Assembly (NCBI RefSeq): GCF_006345805.1
Contig: NC_042997.1
Coordinates: 107,508,001 to 107,572,000, forward strand
Length of the DNA stretch: 64,000 nt
From: Octopus sinensis
Taxonomy: Eukaryota
Reading direction: 5' to 3'
A program made the translations under genes and the position numbers. Shown one piece after another: positions 1 through 17,177 of this stretch. Below the pieces are notes generated by a model, which did no database searches, was not told where the DNA came from, and saw nothing but the letters and a program-made list of their open reading frames with translations. Every line of letters begins with the position of its first letter. The stretch's first letter is position 1.

Positions 1-618
1 TTTCTGCATAGACTTTTTTTTTACGGGACAAATATTTATGTTATTGCAGTAAAGATTTATGGGGATGTGCCATAAATCGAATAGTTCTAACCAGTCTGTG
101 CCAAACAAATTGATGGTATTATCCACAATGAATCATTTTGCTTCGCGTGTCATACCTTAGAACTCCGCTGAAAACACCTTAGAACCTTCTGTGTTTGAGC
201 CTCGTAGTTTTGTTCTACAACGAGAACTTCTGTGTCCCAGGTTCTGACAACTATAGCACTTTTTGTTTTTAAACGGACAATCCTTTTTGTAGTGTAGGCC
301 TCCACGACCATAACACGGATTGGGGCCTGACACTTCGTTTGATTGTGCTTCCCAGGACGATACACTTGAATTTTTGCAGAGTCTTCATCTTGTATTTTTC
401 TCACATTATCTCTAAGATTTACCATAGTCTGACATTCTTCTCCAATGGACTATAGAGATAAATCCTGGTTCGCTTGCTCCATTTTCGAGAGAATCCTTGC
501 CCGAATTTCTCTATCTTCAGATGGTATAAGTCCTTGCACGAAGATAAGTGATTTGAACATATCCTGAGTGAGATCTTGGATTTTGCAATTTTCGCACATC
601 TGCTTGACTACTCCGGCA
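1..618 (-). mobile_element. Gypsy-type LTR retrotransposon relic, 3' part (gag C-terminus, double CCHC knuckle, end of aspartic protease)
   Basis: Minus-strand translation gives AGVVKQMCENCKIQDLTQDMFKSLIFVQGL...IRARILSKME, then PCYG(R)GGLHYKKDCPFKNKKCYSCQNLGHRSSRCR and NLFGTDWLELFDLWHIPIN. Frameshifted and internally deleted. Confidence 0.8.
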
Positions 619-2476
619 CAGGCTGGCCGAACCTGGTCCCATTGTACCAAATTTGGTACTTTTGGTGTGCAGTAATCCTTTTGATACTACGCTGCAATAA
701 TTTATTCACGTTATGTAAAAAAATAAGTTTACCGCCAATGTAAGTGAACAATGTAACAATAAATACATCACATTTTATATCAAAACATATTTCCCGACAT
801 TTTATAACGATGCAGTTAATTGGTAGCTAGTTGATATAGAACGTGTTCAATCCGTGTATCGTACGTACCATCCAATATCGCCGGCTTCCCGCCTCTAATG
901 CAGTCAGTAACATGTTTTATACATAAGTGTCAAGTTTTTCCTTACTATTTCGTTGAACATTTATCAATTACGAGTGAGTTATAATCCTCATGATGAGCAA
1001 GAATACGAAAGATAAAAGCGGTGATGAAATTGACTTCGGTTTAACTCCGACAAACAAAAGAATTAAACAATATAATCATAAATTATCGGACAAACTCTTA
1101 TTGGATTCTTGATTTTCATCCTGGTTAGAACCAAGTAAAACAAATATCCAAAGAGCATACTGGAAATGTTGTCGTTGTGAAATTCAAGGCAGTGTAACTC
1201 ATCTGGAGAGGCACGGAAAAAAAGGATAGACATGTTAAAAATGTTAATTCAGAAAATAAAAGTGGAAAGCTGACCGACTTTTTGCAGCCTCCAACTTCTT
1301 ATGTTCATATTACAAAGGTAGCAGCTGCCCAGCTTAAGCTTTGTTCTTTCATTGTAGAACATTGCTTATGGATCATTTACCTGGACTAATTCAGAATGCA
1401 TGTCCTGATTCCAAAATAACTAAAGATATTAAATGTGCAAGAACCAAAACTACTCAAATATATAAAAATGTTTTAAGTCCTTATTACTTTGAAAACCTCA
1501 TTAAACAGTTAAAAGATGCACGTTTTCATTAATTGTTGATGAAATTACTGATGTATAAAAATTATTACATAGAAGTTGTTCAAGGTGGTTACCTTTAGAA
1601 CAAATTGTCAAAAGAATACTAGAACAGTGGCCTGCTCTTCTGTTATTCTTTACTACTGCTGCCATTGAAGATAACAACTGTGCAGCTTCAAATGTGCTGA
1701 GGTCATTAACAAATCTAATCACAGAGATGCATTATGCATTTTTAGCATATATTTTGCCAGATATCATTAACTTAGATTTTCCAATCAGAAAGCTATAGAA
1801 TGCACAAATCTATTATACGTACTAATAAGGGAATATTTGGTAATTTTGTTTAAAAACAAATTGTGAAAAAATAAGAGCTACATGAAATTAACATCAATGA
1901 TTCATCAGTGTATCTTTCCGTAACTGAAATTTAGAGACGAGCAAAAGTTGAAAGCATCTACATAAAGAAAGCTTCATCTATTAATACAACTAGACTGAAA
2001 CAATTTCATGTGAAAACATTAAATTTTTATCTGCGCCTTGGGAAGGAATTTTTTCAGCGTTTCTTTGCACACAATTTCTTCCGTAGTCTGAAGCTTCTAG
2101 AGACACCAGACCCAGTTAGTATTCGTGATTGCAATAGTCCAAGTTCAATTGTTCCTCTGGCATGCGAATTTCCAAATATTGTTCAGGAGAGTCAGATTGA
2201 AACTCTTAATAAAGAATGGAGAGAACTTAAACTTCAAGATAACAATGACATAACTGAAGCTACCAAACCAAAAGATTATTGGTATAAAATTTCTAAGGAA
2301 AAATGTGGAGATGAAGTTCGTTATCCGGTCCTGTCATGCTTTATGTTTCAGCTCCTATCATTACCACATTCTTCAGCTGCAGCCGAGAGAATATTTTCTG
2401 TCCTAAATAACATCAAACTTGTTACTTTTATTTTGCTAAATCTGGTTCTTCCATCAAAATACGTTTGGCAAGCCTG
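619..2476 (+). mobile_element. hAT DNA transposon, internally deleted and degenerate
   Basis: 14-bp imperfect TIRs: CAGGCTGGCCGAAC (619-632) and GTTTGGCAAGCCTG (2463-2476). Transposase remnants: BED-like WLEP...C..C...HLERH, CPDSKITKDIKCARTK, FSLIVDEITDV, SRWLPLEQIVKRILEQWPAL, and the dimerisation motif LSLPHSSAAAERIFS. Degenerate 8-bp TSD CTCCGGCA / CTTAGGTG. Confidence 0.85.
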
Positions 2477-3210
2477 CTTAGGTGAAGGTGATAAAATCCT
2501 CCTCTTCATTTTTTGTTAAGTTCCAACACTCCATTTTGGTGTTGAATAATGAACTTCTATCATAAAAATGTTTGAAAGCAGTTCCACCGTTCCTTGGAAA
2601 CCAATCTCACTCGACTTTCGGGGCAGAATAAAGTTACAGTAACGCTCATGTTGGGCAGGAGCTATCATGCAGAGTAAAAGCCTTACTTTCTGCTCCTCTG
2701 ACTATGACTTGCACTCGTTGTTAAAAATTTCCCCGTATCTTCTACAATACGCGGGAAACGTAATATCCTCCTTCGGATTATACGTAAATTCAGAAATCGC
2801 GTTAACCACGCCGTCTGCGTAAACGAGCTCACGGGATTTTCGGACTTCGCTCACTGTAACCCAATTGTTGCTGTTGTATTTATTTTTGCAACTCCTGTAG
2901 TTGTTCCTGTTGCTTCTCTTAAAGCTGTACAACTGCGGCGAACAGGTTTTCCATGACGCAGATATTGTCAAATAAGCAATGTTAGTTTCGAACGATCATC
3001 GTCGCCAGAGGATATGGTAGAAAAAAGGGGAAAAAGGCAAAAAGAAAAAGGAAAGAAAGAAAAGAAGAAAAAAGGAAAAAGAAAACAAAGAAAATAAGTG
3101 TGTGGGGGGGGGTAGGAAAGACAATTCACAGCGACGATGCTCTTCTCAATACGTGTGACCAGTTACCAGTTAAGACAATCTTTTGCACTTCCTGCGTGGA
3201 TGGTAAGACA
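2477..3210 (-). mobile_element. Gypsy-type LTR retrotransposon relic, 5' part (putative LTR, PBS, gag N-terminus)
   Basis: ATG at 2954; MENLFAAVVQL..., then VVNAISEFTYNPKEDITFPAYCRRYGEIF, EEQKVRLLL...QHERYCNFILPRK, LTKNEEEDFITF. The reading frame joins the 1-618 part once the hAT is removed. LTR (about 3008-3210, starting TGT) is tentative. Confidence 0.7.
2995..3007 (-). promoter_or_regulatory. Primer-binding site, tRNA-Ser(GCU)-like
   Basis: Minus strand TGGCGACGATGAT matches the complement of the tRNA-Ser(GCU) 3' end as I recall it (TGGCGACGAGGAT) at 12/13 nt, just upstream of gag. Confidence 0.6.
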
Positions 3211-4945
3211 GGGATCATCCTCAAATCATTTTCAGCTCCCTTTTTGATCGTTTCAAGACTGGTATTGTCACCGTCTTCAGATGCCACATTTTTTCGATTT
3301 CAATCAGTAAATCTTGATATTTTCTGAGCTTATCAAATTCTTTTATCGAGTTATTATGATCACGTAGCATGCTCATGCCAATCAATAAACAGATTTTATT
3401 GTTTTGGTTTTTTACAACAATGTCTGGTTTATTTCCTTTGAAGGTCCGGTCTGTATGCATTGGAAAGTCCCAGAGAATCGTTACATTTTCTTCCTCAGTT
3501 ACGGTTTCACGTTGGTGCTTGTGCCATTTGTCAGCAGTTTTGATTTTATAATGCCGACATATTAACCAGTGTAGATATTGGCCAAATCAAACATGTCTGA
3601 ATTTATACTCTACAGGTGCTAAAACCTTACACCCAGAGATTAGGTGGTTCACCGTTTCAATTTCATCGTTGCAGTGTCGGCACTTTGGGTCTACTTCATT
3701 TTTCATCACACTGGCTTGTTAGTTGTGGGTCAATAAGCTCTGATCTTGAGAAATTAAGACAAAGCCTTCGCTCTCTGCCTTTAGCCCCGAGCCACGGAGC
3801 CATTGATAGGTGTGCTTCTGGTCTACATCAGCTTCTTTGCTATGGGTCACATATTTGCCACGCAGGGGTTTTTGTTTCTACCTATCAGCTAATTGTTCAA
3901 GCGCATTTTGCTTTGCGATTGATTTCACCTTGTTTGCAACTACGGTTGCTGTATATCGCTCATTCTGTTCAACCTGGGTATTATGCATGAAGTCACTTGC
4001 AATTTTTTTGTTCTCCTCCATTACAGAATGAAACTTCTTACGTATTTCGTGGTTTTCAATGAGCTTTAGCATCCAGTCGTTAGATGTTTCAAGATATTTT
4101 GCCAGTTCAATTGTGGTGGTTTTGTAGATTTCAAATTGGATGAAGCCTCGACCTCCTTGGGCTCTGGGAAGGTAAAAAGGACCTGCATCTGCCTTTGGGC
4201 GGTGCATTTTATTGCAAGTCAGCAGCTTTCGGATTTCCCTGTCCTTCGCTGATATTCCAGTTCAGCACATTAAAACTATAAATGAAAATTGGAATGGCTA
4301 ACACCTTATTATGTGCATCTAACTCAGATTTTAGGACTGCTCGAACTCTCCTGTAAATTTCCTTTCTGATCTTCTCTCTCATGCTTGCATGCTGAATGCC
4401 AGAACCCTCATTTATTCCGAGGTATTTGTAAGTTTGTTCCTTCTCAAGTCCTTTTATAACTGTGTCAACATCTAAACACCACTGAATGTGAGGTCTTCAA
4501 TCTCCCTTTCTGGAAAGTGGCCTTGGCACATTTATCAAGACCAAATTCTATCCCAATGTCATCACTGAATGCTTTTATAGTACGTAACAAGCCTTCGAGC
4601 TCATTATTGTCTTTGTCATAGAGTTTTAAGCCGACCATTATAAAACAGATGACCTATTTTCTTGTCAGTTTTATACTCATACAGTTGTCAAGGATCATTT
4701 GATTGATTAAGAGTTGGTCTTTGCCTCCATATAAGCCTCGTCGGCACCTTTTTTCTTCAGTGGGGAAAATATCGTTCTCTTCCATAAATCTGTATGTTTT
4801 CTCCACGAGGATGGGTGTCAAAATTTTATACGTGGTAAATAGACAGGTTATGGGCCAACAGTTTTGGGCAAGTTTCATTTCATCATTCTTTGGAAGTTGT
4901 TAAGTAATACCACTTGCTAACCAATCAGGTATTTTCTCAGAATCT
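3211..4945 (-). mobile_element. R4/Dong-clade non-LTR retrotransposon, degenerate (RT to RLE)
   Basis: WPITCL..YKILT, KDQLLINQMILDNC, LKLYDKD, HRPKAD...YLPRAQGGRG, HTDRTFKGNKPDIVV...CLLIGMS. Many stops and frameshifts; truncated at 3211 inside the RLE domain. Confidence 0.8.
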
Positions 4946-4997
4946 CTCATAATTTCATTATTATTATCATTATCATTATTATTATTATTATCATAAT

Positions 4998-7394
4998 TCA
5001 GTAGTTTTATTTTTATAGCGTGCTTTCACTTCACTACCGAGCGCAGCTCTGTGTGCCTTGGGTATGTGCTGTGATTTGTTGTGATGCTCTGATGGTTATT
5101 GTATGGAAAGTGTTCTGCGTAGGATGTGTGCAGTGCCTAGTAGTGCAATTTTCTGTATGTTATATGTGTTTGTAAGTCCTGGTGTTTTTGTTATGTATTT
5201 GTCTGAATATTTTTTTATCATGCCTAATGCACCTACTATGATAGGAATTGTTTCTGTTTTCAGATTCCACATTCTAGTTACCTCTATTTCCAGGCCTTTG
5301 TATTTTGAGAGTTTCTCCATTTCTTTTAGAGACACGTTGTCATCAGCCGGTATTGATACATCAATTAGAAAGCATTTTTTTTCTTCATGATCTCTGACAA
5401 CTATATCTGGTCTGTTGGCCTTAATTTCTCTATCTGTGTGTATCGGCATATCCCAGAGTATGGTTGCTTTCTCGTTTTCTGTGACCTTTTCTGGTGTGTG
5501 CCTATACCATCTTTTTTCTGTTGTTATTCCATAATGTTGTTATAGCTTCCAATGTATGTAGGTTCCAACCCTGTCATGTCTGTGAATATATTCCTTCTTA
5601 GCCAAGACTGGGCAGCTAGAGATAATATGATTTATTGTTTCTTGTCCATCACCACATATTTTGCAGTTACTTGTAATATTTCTTTTCATTACATGTTTTT
5701 GGTAATTTCTGGTGGGGAGGTTTTGGTCTTGTGCTGCAATTAAAAATCCCTCTGTTTCTGCTTTGAGTCCTGAGCTTCTCAACCATTGCTGGGATTTTTC
5801 TTTGTCTATTTCTTTTGCGTTTAGTTTAGTCCAGTATTTACCATGAAGGGGCTTTTCTTGCCATCGTTTTATCATGGTTCGTTGCTGTTCTATCTTTAGT
5901 TTGGATTTCATTTGTTTTATAGCTTTTGTTGTTTCTTCATCTTCTTCTTCTTCTTCTTCATGTTTATTAGGTGGTATGATTTCTTGTTTGTATTTGTCAG
6001 CTTCCTTAAATACTGAGAACAGTTTTTTGTTTTGCTCGTGTTTTGCCGCTATCTGGATCAGTTTTCCTTCCTTCTGAAGTAGATATTTTTGAAGTCCTAT
6101 GGTGGTTATTTTATAGTAGTTTTCCAGCTGTATAAGGCCTCTACCACCTTCTATACGTTGTATATATAACCTTTCTATGTCAGATTTTGGGTGATGCATC
6201 CTAGATCCTGTCATTATTTTTCTTGTTTTCCTATCTATTTTGGTCAGTTCATTTCGTGTCCAGTTAAGGATATTGTAGCTGTAACTTATAACTGGGACAG
6301 CTAAAGTGTTGATACCTATTATCTAGTTTTTAGCATTGAGCTCTGTGTTTAGTATTGATCTAACTCGTCTATAATATTCTTTTTTTATTTTCTCTTTCAT
6401 TTGTGTGTGTTGTGTCTTATCTAGTTCATGGATTCCTAAGTATTTGTAAGTTTGGCTTTGGTCTAATTCTTTTATTTCATTGGTTTTATCTAGTGTGATG
6501 TTGTTACTCTTAACTAGTTTTCCTCTTTTCATGGTTACTTTGGCGCATTTTTCTAATCCAAATTTCATATCTATTTCTTTGGTAAATCCATGAACTGTCT
6601 TTAATAGTGTTTCCAGCTGTTTGTCATTTGCAGCGTATAGTTTTAGGTCATCCATATATAAGAGGTGGCTGATCGTTTTGCCGTAACATTTATATCCGCA
6701 TCCAGTTCTATTTAGCATATCAGATAGAGGTGACAGTGTCAAGCAGAAAAGGAGTAGAGAGAGTGTCTCCCTGGAATATTCCTCTTCTAATGGGGATGTC
6801 TTTGGTTTTCATGAGTCCCTCTTTTGTTTGGAGGTGTAGGACTGTTTGCCATTTATTCATAGAGTGCTCTATGAATTTTATGATTGTTGGTGCTACTTTG
6901 TTAATGGCTAGTGTTTCGAGGATCCATGTGTGGGGGATGCTATCAAACGCCTTTTTGTAGTCAATCCAGGCTATACTGAGGCCTTTCTTCTTTCTGTGGC
7001 TGTCTTCAGTTATGGCTTTATTAATCATTAGTTGATCTTTACAGCCATATGAGCCCTTGCGGCATCCTTTCTGCTCTTCTGGGAACAGTTTGTTTTCGTC
7101 CAGGTGCTTGTTCAGCCTTTGTGATATCACTGCAGTAAATGCCTTGAACATAGTAGGGAGGCAGGTTATTGGTCTGTAGTTTTCTGGTTTTTCTGTTTCA
7201 TTTGATTTGGGAATTAAGATGGTTTTCCCCTTCGTGAGCCATTCAGGCATTGCCTCTGGCTCTGCTAGTACGTTGTTAAAGTTTTCAGGCAGCTTTTTGT
7301 GCATTCCTGTTAGATATTTCAACCAGAAGTTGGGGATCTTGTCATGCCCAGGTGCCTTCCAGTTGCTTAGTCTTTGCAGTGCCTGGGTGACCTC
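4998..7394 (-). mobile_element. R4/Dong element, family A, 5'-truncated young copy
   Basis: ORF pieces 6720-7322, 6323-6742, 5540-6214, 5096-5449 give the RT (YRPITCLPT, DYKKAFDS, GIFQGD, LLYMDDLKLY), the CCHC finger CKICGDGQETINHIISSC and the RLE RPDIVV...LIDVSIP...EKLSKY. One frameshift and two stops. Flanked by (TAA)n on both sides. Confidence 0.92.
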
Positions 7395-7478
<84 letters not shown>

Positions 7479-7531
7479 TATTATTATTATCATCATCATA
7501 ATTTCATTATTATTATTATTTATTATTATTA

Positions 7532-7570
<39 letters not shown>
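7395..7570. repeat. (TTA)n microsatellite between two Dong copies
   Basis: Direct reading. Confidence 0.95.
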
Positions 7571-8582
<1,012 letters not shown>

Positions 8583-8740
8583 TAAAACTTTGTACACTAT
8601 GTATATTTCCCTTCCTTTTCATTGTATACTTACCTTTTTTTAATAATTATTTTATCATTTCATCACATGTAAATACGCACACTTTGTGTCTGTCTTTGTA
8701 GTGTCCCTTTCATCCGCCCTGGTGGCAAATAAATGAAAGT

Positions 8741-8780
<40 letters not shown>

Positions 8781-8781
<1 letters not shown>

Positions 8782-11260
8782 TTTCTCTTCATCTCAGGTT
8801 TTGTTGGGTCTCCTGGGGGTCTTTCATGCGCAACGGGCTTACTACCTGCAGCCTATGGTACCATGCTATTCGTTCTTTTCAGCTATCTAACACTTTCCTG
8901 ATTATTCTGGCCGTGTCAAGGAAGCAAACCTCTTGTAACAGTTCTATTGGACACTCTATTCCAATTTCCTTTATATTTCTCTTGATGCTTTCTGATACTG
9001 TTCCCAAGAGCCCAACAATAATTGGCACTATCTTCACCTTCTTCATTTTCCATAATCAAGCTATTTCGTACTTAAGAGGGTTGTATCTATTTGTCTTTTC
9101 GCCTTTCTTCTTGTCTATTCATGGATCAAAGGGGCATACAACATCAACTGTATAGTATATTTGGTGCATCACTAGGTCCGGTCTGTCATGCTCTTGCACC
9201 TGATCTGTTTGGATTGGGAAATCCCAGCGATGTTTCTAGTCCCCGACTCTGCCACTCTGTGGTTTGTGCTCATTCCATGTCTTGCCTCTCACTAGCCCTC
9301 ACTTTTTGCAGTTTCCAATGTAGCACTTTTGCTCCCTAGTCGTGTTGCCACAACTTGTAGTGGTTTTGGGCAAGTTTAGGGCATTCGTTCATGATATGGG
9401 CAATGGTTTCATTCACTCTATTGCAGATGCAGTACGTTGGAGGCACTTGCTCATTCCTCAGGTTAACCCTCCAGTTCATGGCCAAAGCTTGGTCTTGCAC
9501 TGCCAGTATAGAGCTCTCGGTCACTTTTTTAGGGTTTCTTTCATCAACCAATCCCATCTACTTTTTCCAGCAACTTCTGTTGTGGCTACATGGAATTTAT
9601 TGTGTAGTCCCTTCTTGCGTAATTATTCTTCATGTCCTTTTTTTCTACTTCTTCCTTTACTTTCCCTTTTTTCTCTGCTTTCAACACTTCCTCGTTCCTG
9701 TCACTAGCAAGGTTTCGTAACTTTGGGCTAGGCATCTCTAACCCCCTTTCTCCATTTGCTCTCTTCTTGTATAGGCAATCAATGTCTGCACATGGATGAT
9801 GGGCTCCATGCATCGTTAGGATCTTTCTTGAATTCCTGTCCATCTCCTTTAGCTCCTCCTCTATCCACTTCAGGATTCCAGCTTCATACCGAACTACTGC
9901 GAATGTGCGCGAGTTTATTGCCGAAATTATGTTTCTGGCATTTAGCTTTGAAGTCAATATTTTTCTTACTCGCCGCAAGCATTCCTCTAGCTGTTACGAT
10001 ATCCTTTCACGGAGCCCTCTCAGCTTCTTCATCCAATAACCTTGGACCCCATCCGGTCCTGGGCTCTTCCAAATGGGGAATTTTCTTAACTGCTTTTTTT
10101 CATCATTTCTATATTTATTTTCATGTCTTCTTGGCCCTCTATATTTCTTTATCTTGGATTTCGTGCAGCCACTCTGCTTCATCATTATGCCCTACAATTT
10201 GGTCCCAGAACCTTCTCTAGAATGCCTTGCTTTCCTCAGCATTTGGTATCATTGTTACGTGTATTTATTTGTCCATCTCGTTTCTGAAACAGTTTCTTCT
10301 GATTTGCTTCAATCAGTCTGTTTTGCTTGAACTCTCTTTTTCTATTCTCATATCTTTCCAGTTTTGCATTGGTTGCTCCCACTCTTTGTTTCAATTCTTC
10401 CGATATCACATCATAACCTTTATCTCTTATTCTATATGTTCTCTCCTGCATTATTCTTATGCTTTCGTAAGGCAGCGAGCTTGCAGAATCGTTAGCACGT
10501 CGGGCATAATGGTTAGTGGTATTTCGTCCGCCCTTAGGTTCTGAGTTCAAATTCTGTCAAGGTCGACTTCGCCTTTCAGCCTTTCGCGGTCGATAAAATA
10601 AGTACCAGTTACGCACTGGGGTCGAGGTAATCGACTAGTCCCCCTCCTCCAAAATTTCAGGCCTTGTGCCTTTAGTAGAAAGTATTATTCTTATGCTTTT
10701 GTTTTGCAATTCCCCTCTTTGTTTCTCACAAATTCGTCCACGCCAGAATGGTACTTTACGTTCCGTTTGTTCTTTTCTTTTGTATCCAACTCCATCTGCA
10801 ATAACCATAGCTGCAGCCCAAATAATCTTGTTAGTTTCAGTTATATTTCTCATCTGGAAATAGCCCAAGAACCGTATCTATCTTTTCGCTTTCAACCTTG
10901 AGCTTCCGTCGATCAATGTACCCCAGGTTGCGGGTGCTTGATCCGGGTCTTCTCTAATACATCGGCACAGCGTCCTCACTATGTCTTCTTGACCATCATC
11001 TTATTCTTGTGATAAAGCTCTTCTTATTACTTATGCTTCATTTGCTGCGAATACATTTACATTTCCACTTCGCTCTACATCCCTACATACACGATTCATT
11101 TCTCTGTTCTCACTGGGCACGTAATCTGTTGGTGAAGTATTATTTCTATCTCCTACTTTCCTTTTTATCTCTTCTATTCCAAATGTCTGTTAACCACCCT
11201 TTTGCTCTTATTGCTAAAACATTTGTATCATACATTTTCACTCAACATTGAGGTATGTGT
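8781..11260 (-). mobile_element. R4/Dong family B, degenerate, interrupted by a SINE
   Basis: ITETNKIIWAAAMVIA (ORF N-terminal region), [68 protein letters not shown]. The 3' end abuts (TCA)n at 8740-8780. Confidence 0.8.
10466..10683 (+). mobile_element. tRNA-derived SINE (abundant family, central segment resembling the Meta domain)
   Basis: Homologous to 61431-61668 and 51524-51765. Flanked by a 16-bp TSD ATTATTCTTATGCTTT (10450-10465 and 10684-10699). Confidence 0.8.
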
Positions 11261-11339
11261 TTTAAGGTTAGCCACCGACCAGTATTTTTATCTAGACACC
11301 ATCTCTAGTAAGATTGTCAACCAAGACTGCAGAGCTCTT

Positions 11340-12480
11340 ACTACTCGTAAGGTGATCCTGTTCTCTTCGCATGAATTACAAGAGATAGACCGTAGAACAC
11401 GTAAATGAATGACAATGAACAAGGAACTACATCCCAAGAGTGATGTGTCAAGATTGAATGTAAAGAGGAGGGAAGGAGGACGGGGTTTAGCGTGTTGTGA
11501 AGGTTGTGTAAGGCAAGAGGAGAATAGCCTGGCTTGGTGTCTCAAGGGGAGTAAAGAAGAAATGATTGAAGCGGTGAAAACGCAGAGAACCTTAAAAATC
11601 AACGAAGCCATAGATCCAACCCAATTTAAGAAAGACTAGAGAGAGCAGATGAAGAAAATTTGGCAGGATAAGAAAATGTGCAGTCAGTTCTTGAAGAATA
11701 AAGATGAGATTGGTTGGAATAAAACCTGGCAATGGCTGCAGAAAGGAAACTTAAAAGGGCCCACTGAGGCATTAGTGTGCAGCGCTCAAGAACAAGCTAT
11801 CAGAACAAACTACTCTAAATATCACATTGATAAAAGCACGCCACAGCGTAGGATATGTTCTGAGAAGGGAGAAAGTATATGCCATATTGTTAGTGAGAGC
11901 TGTAAGCTCGCACAACGCGAATATAAAAGGAGACACGATAATGCGGCCAGATATGACCACTGGCTGTTGTGCAGTAAGCAAACCTTGAGAGAGCCGAACA
12001 ATGGTATGAACACAAGCCAGAGGGAGTAATGGAAAACGAACATTACAAAATACTCTGGGATTTTAATATGCAGTGCGACCAAGTCATAGAGGCGAGATGA
12101 CCAGATATCGTGCTCATCCATAAAGATGTAAAAGAAGTAAAGATAATAGAAAATTGTAAAGTAAATAGCAGGCGATTTGAGGGGGAAATGCAAAGAAACA
12201 GAAAAGACTGAGAAACATCAGCGACTGTGGGACGAGATAGGAAAGTTATAGGGTGTGAGGAAAGTAATAGTGGTAATTGGAGTATTAGGAGCAGTTGCCA
12301 AGGTCTATGAAAAACGTATTAAGAATATTGGAGCTGCTGTTAGGCTCGAGGTGATCCAGAAGACAGCATTGTTGGACACAGCTCGCATTCTAAGGAAAGT
12401 ATTGTCTTTTTGAGTTAAAGGAGAGGGGACCACTTGAAAACTTTGGTGATTTGTTATTGCCTGCTTTCAAGATTAAGAAC
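11340..12480 (+). mobile_element. R4/Dong family C, 5'-truncated and degenerate
   Basis: ELQEIDRRTRK, LHPKSDVSRL...GGRGL, CSEKGESICHIVSES, RHDNAARYDHW, PDIVLIHK, DTARILRKVLS. Followed by a (CAC)n(CAA)n tract. Confidence 0.8.
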
Positions 12481-12607
12481 CATCACCACCACCACCACCA
12501 CCACAACAACAACAACAACAATAACATCAACAACAACAACAACAACGACGACGACGACGACAACAACAACAACAACAACAATAATTCTTTCTGCTATATG
12601 TACAACA

Positions 12608-12750
12608 TATAGGTACTTAATTTATCGACCCCGAAAGGATGAAAGGCAAAGTCAACCTCGGTGGAATTTGAACTCAGAACGTAGGGACGGGCGAAATACC
12701 GCTCAGCGTTTCAATCGGCATGCTAACGATTCTGCCTGCTCACCGCCCTA
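12608..12750 (-). mobile_element. SINE, same family as 10466-10683, partial
   Basis: Contains GAAAGGATGAAAGGCAAAGTCAACCTCGG...GCTAACGATTCTGCC shared with the other copies. Confidence 0.8.
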
Positions 12751-12911
12751 AACACTCAGACAAATACAGGAGCACGTCCTCATAAACAAAACATCCCCAG
12801 TACTAAATAGGAAATATACGTAGACGGTAGTCATACCTCTATACCCACAGTTTATATATACACAGGTAGCTTTAATCGTGGGCTGTTATGTAGATGTATA
12901 TTTATATATGT

Positions 12912-13292
12912 GGAGGCGCAATGGCCCAGTGGTCAGAGCAGCGGACTCGCGTTCGTAAGATCGCGGTTTCGATTCCCAGACCGGGCGTTGTGAGTGTTTA
13001 TTGAGCGAAAACACCTAAAGCTCCACGAGGCTCCGGCAGGGATGGTGGTGATCCCTGCTGTACTCTTTCACCACAACTTTCTCTCACTCTTACTTCCTGT
13101 TTCTGTTGTACCTGTATTTCAAAGGGCCGGCCTTGTCACTCTCTGTGTCACGCTGAATATCCCCGAGAACTGCGTTAAGGGTACACGTGTCTGTGGAGTG
13201 CTCAGTCACTTACACGTTAATTTCACAAGCAGGCTGTTCCGTTGATCGGATCAACCGGAACCCTCATCGTCGTAACCGACGGAGTGCTTCCA
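12912..13292 (+). mobile_element. tRNA-derived SINE, full-length-like (octopus OK/OR-type; exact family not assigned)
   Basis: Pol III A-box TGGCCCAGTGG and B-box GGTTTCGATTCC in a tRNA-like head. The head recurs at 39538-39590, and a related body lies on the minus strand at 37690-37925. Confidence 0.8.
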
Positions 13293-13369
13293 CATTTATA
13301 TATATGTAGGTAAATGGTTATGAAGAAAAACAGATGGATAGATAGACAGATAGGTAGGTACATAAGTAA

Positions 13370-16200
<2,831 letters not shown>

Positions 16201-17177
16201 GTGAGAATGTGTTAATTTAGAAAGCAATTGGATGTTCGGCTGCATTAAAAAATGAAATGATAAGAAAGTAGAAGAAACGAAAACGAACTGAGAAGCAGAA
16301 ACCAGCCGAAAATTAATGAGTGCAATAAGATTTAATTCACATGAGATTACTTGTGATAATCTTCTATTAAGTTATGTTATTAGTCATATCTTCTTATTTA
16401 TCCAGTCTGTGATGAAACGACGGCTTAAGAGGGATATGAATCTATTGTAGATTTTTAATAATGATAGATGAAAATGCCGGAAGCCATTTGAAATGACCGA
16501 GAGATCTATATGTACTTTAATGACAAAAATTGTGAGGACTTTTTATGAGTAAACGTTTCGAAAGAAAAAAAAATGAAGATTTGAACTGTACATGTTTATA
16601 CACAATCTATATGTAATGACGTTGTTGCTATTGTTCTTTAGCTCCCGTTCAACTTGGATCAAATCGACTACGATCAAATGTGTTCAAACGCAGTGGACCT
16701 GGGACTACTTCTTTTTCAAAAACAGTACGATGAAATTTGAAAGATATCTGGTTACTATTTCTATAAGATTGACCACATGATGGCCAGTCCCCCTTCTCCA
16801 TCTCGATTATCTTTATGAGATGATGGAATCTGTTTATGTAATTTGTTTGCATATGACGAATACATTATGAACAAACATTTATAAGTAATTTGGCCGCAAA
16901 CTCAGTTAAGATTAATCGATAATTCACACGCGTATGTCAGGTTAGTGATTGCAAATCTTGTATGAAATAACATCGTGGGCTGCAGTACTTTTGGGTTTCC
17001 TAATCCTCACAAATATCTCAACTTAAGATTTTAAATGCTGTAAGACTAAGATTTTAAATTCCAGATTGGATCAGAGGCTCAGGTAGAAGCAATTCATCAA
17101 TGGTTTGGCTGTAGGGGATGTCTTGGTGGCAGCGGTTCAAGTAATTGTCCATCGTGTATCTCAATCTCTTCGTTGAT

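Noticed and set aside
12912-12990. tRNA gene
   Set aside because: A/B boxes are present, but the sequence continues into a repeated SINE body and lacks a full cloverleaf.
16642-16884. Protein-like frame (LPFNLDQIDYDQMC...) after an AG, broken by two TGA codons
   Set aside because: No recognisable family and no good donor site; 80 codons with two stops is not improbable by chance. A tBLASTx search would settle it.
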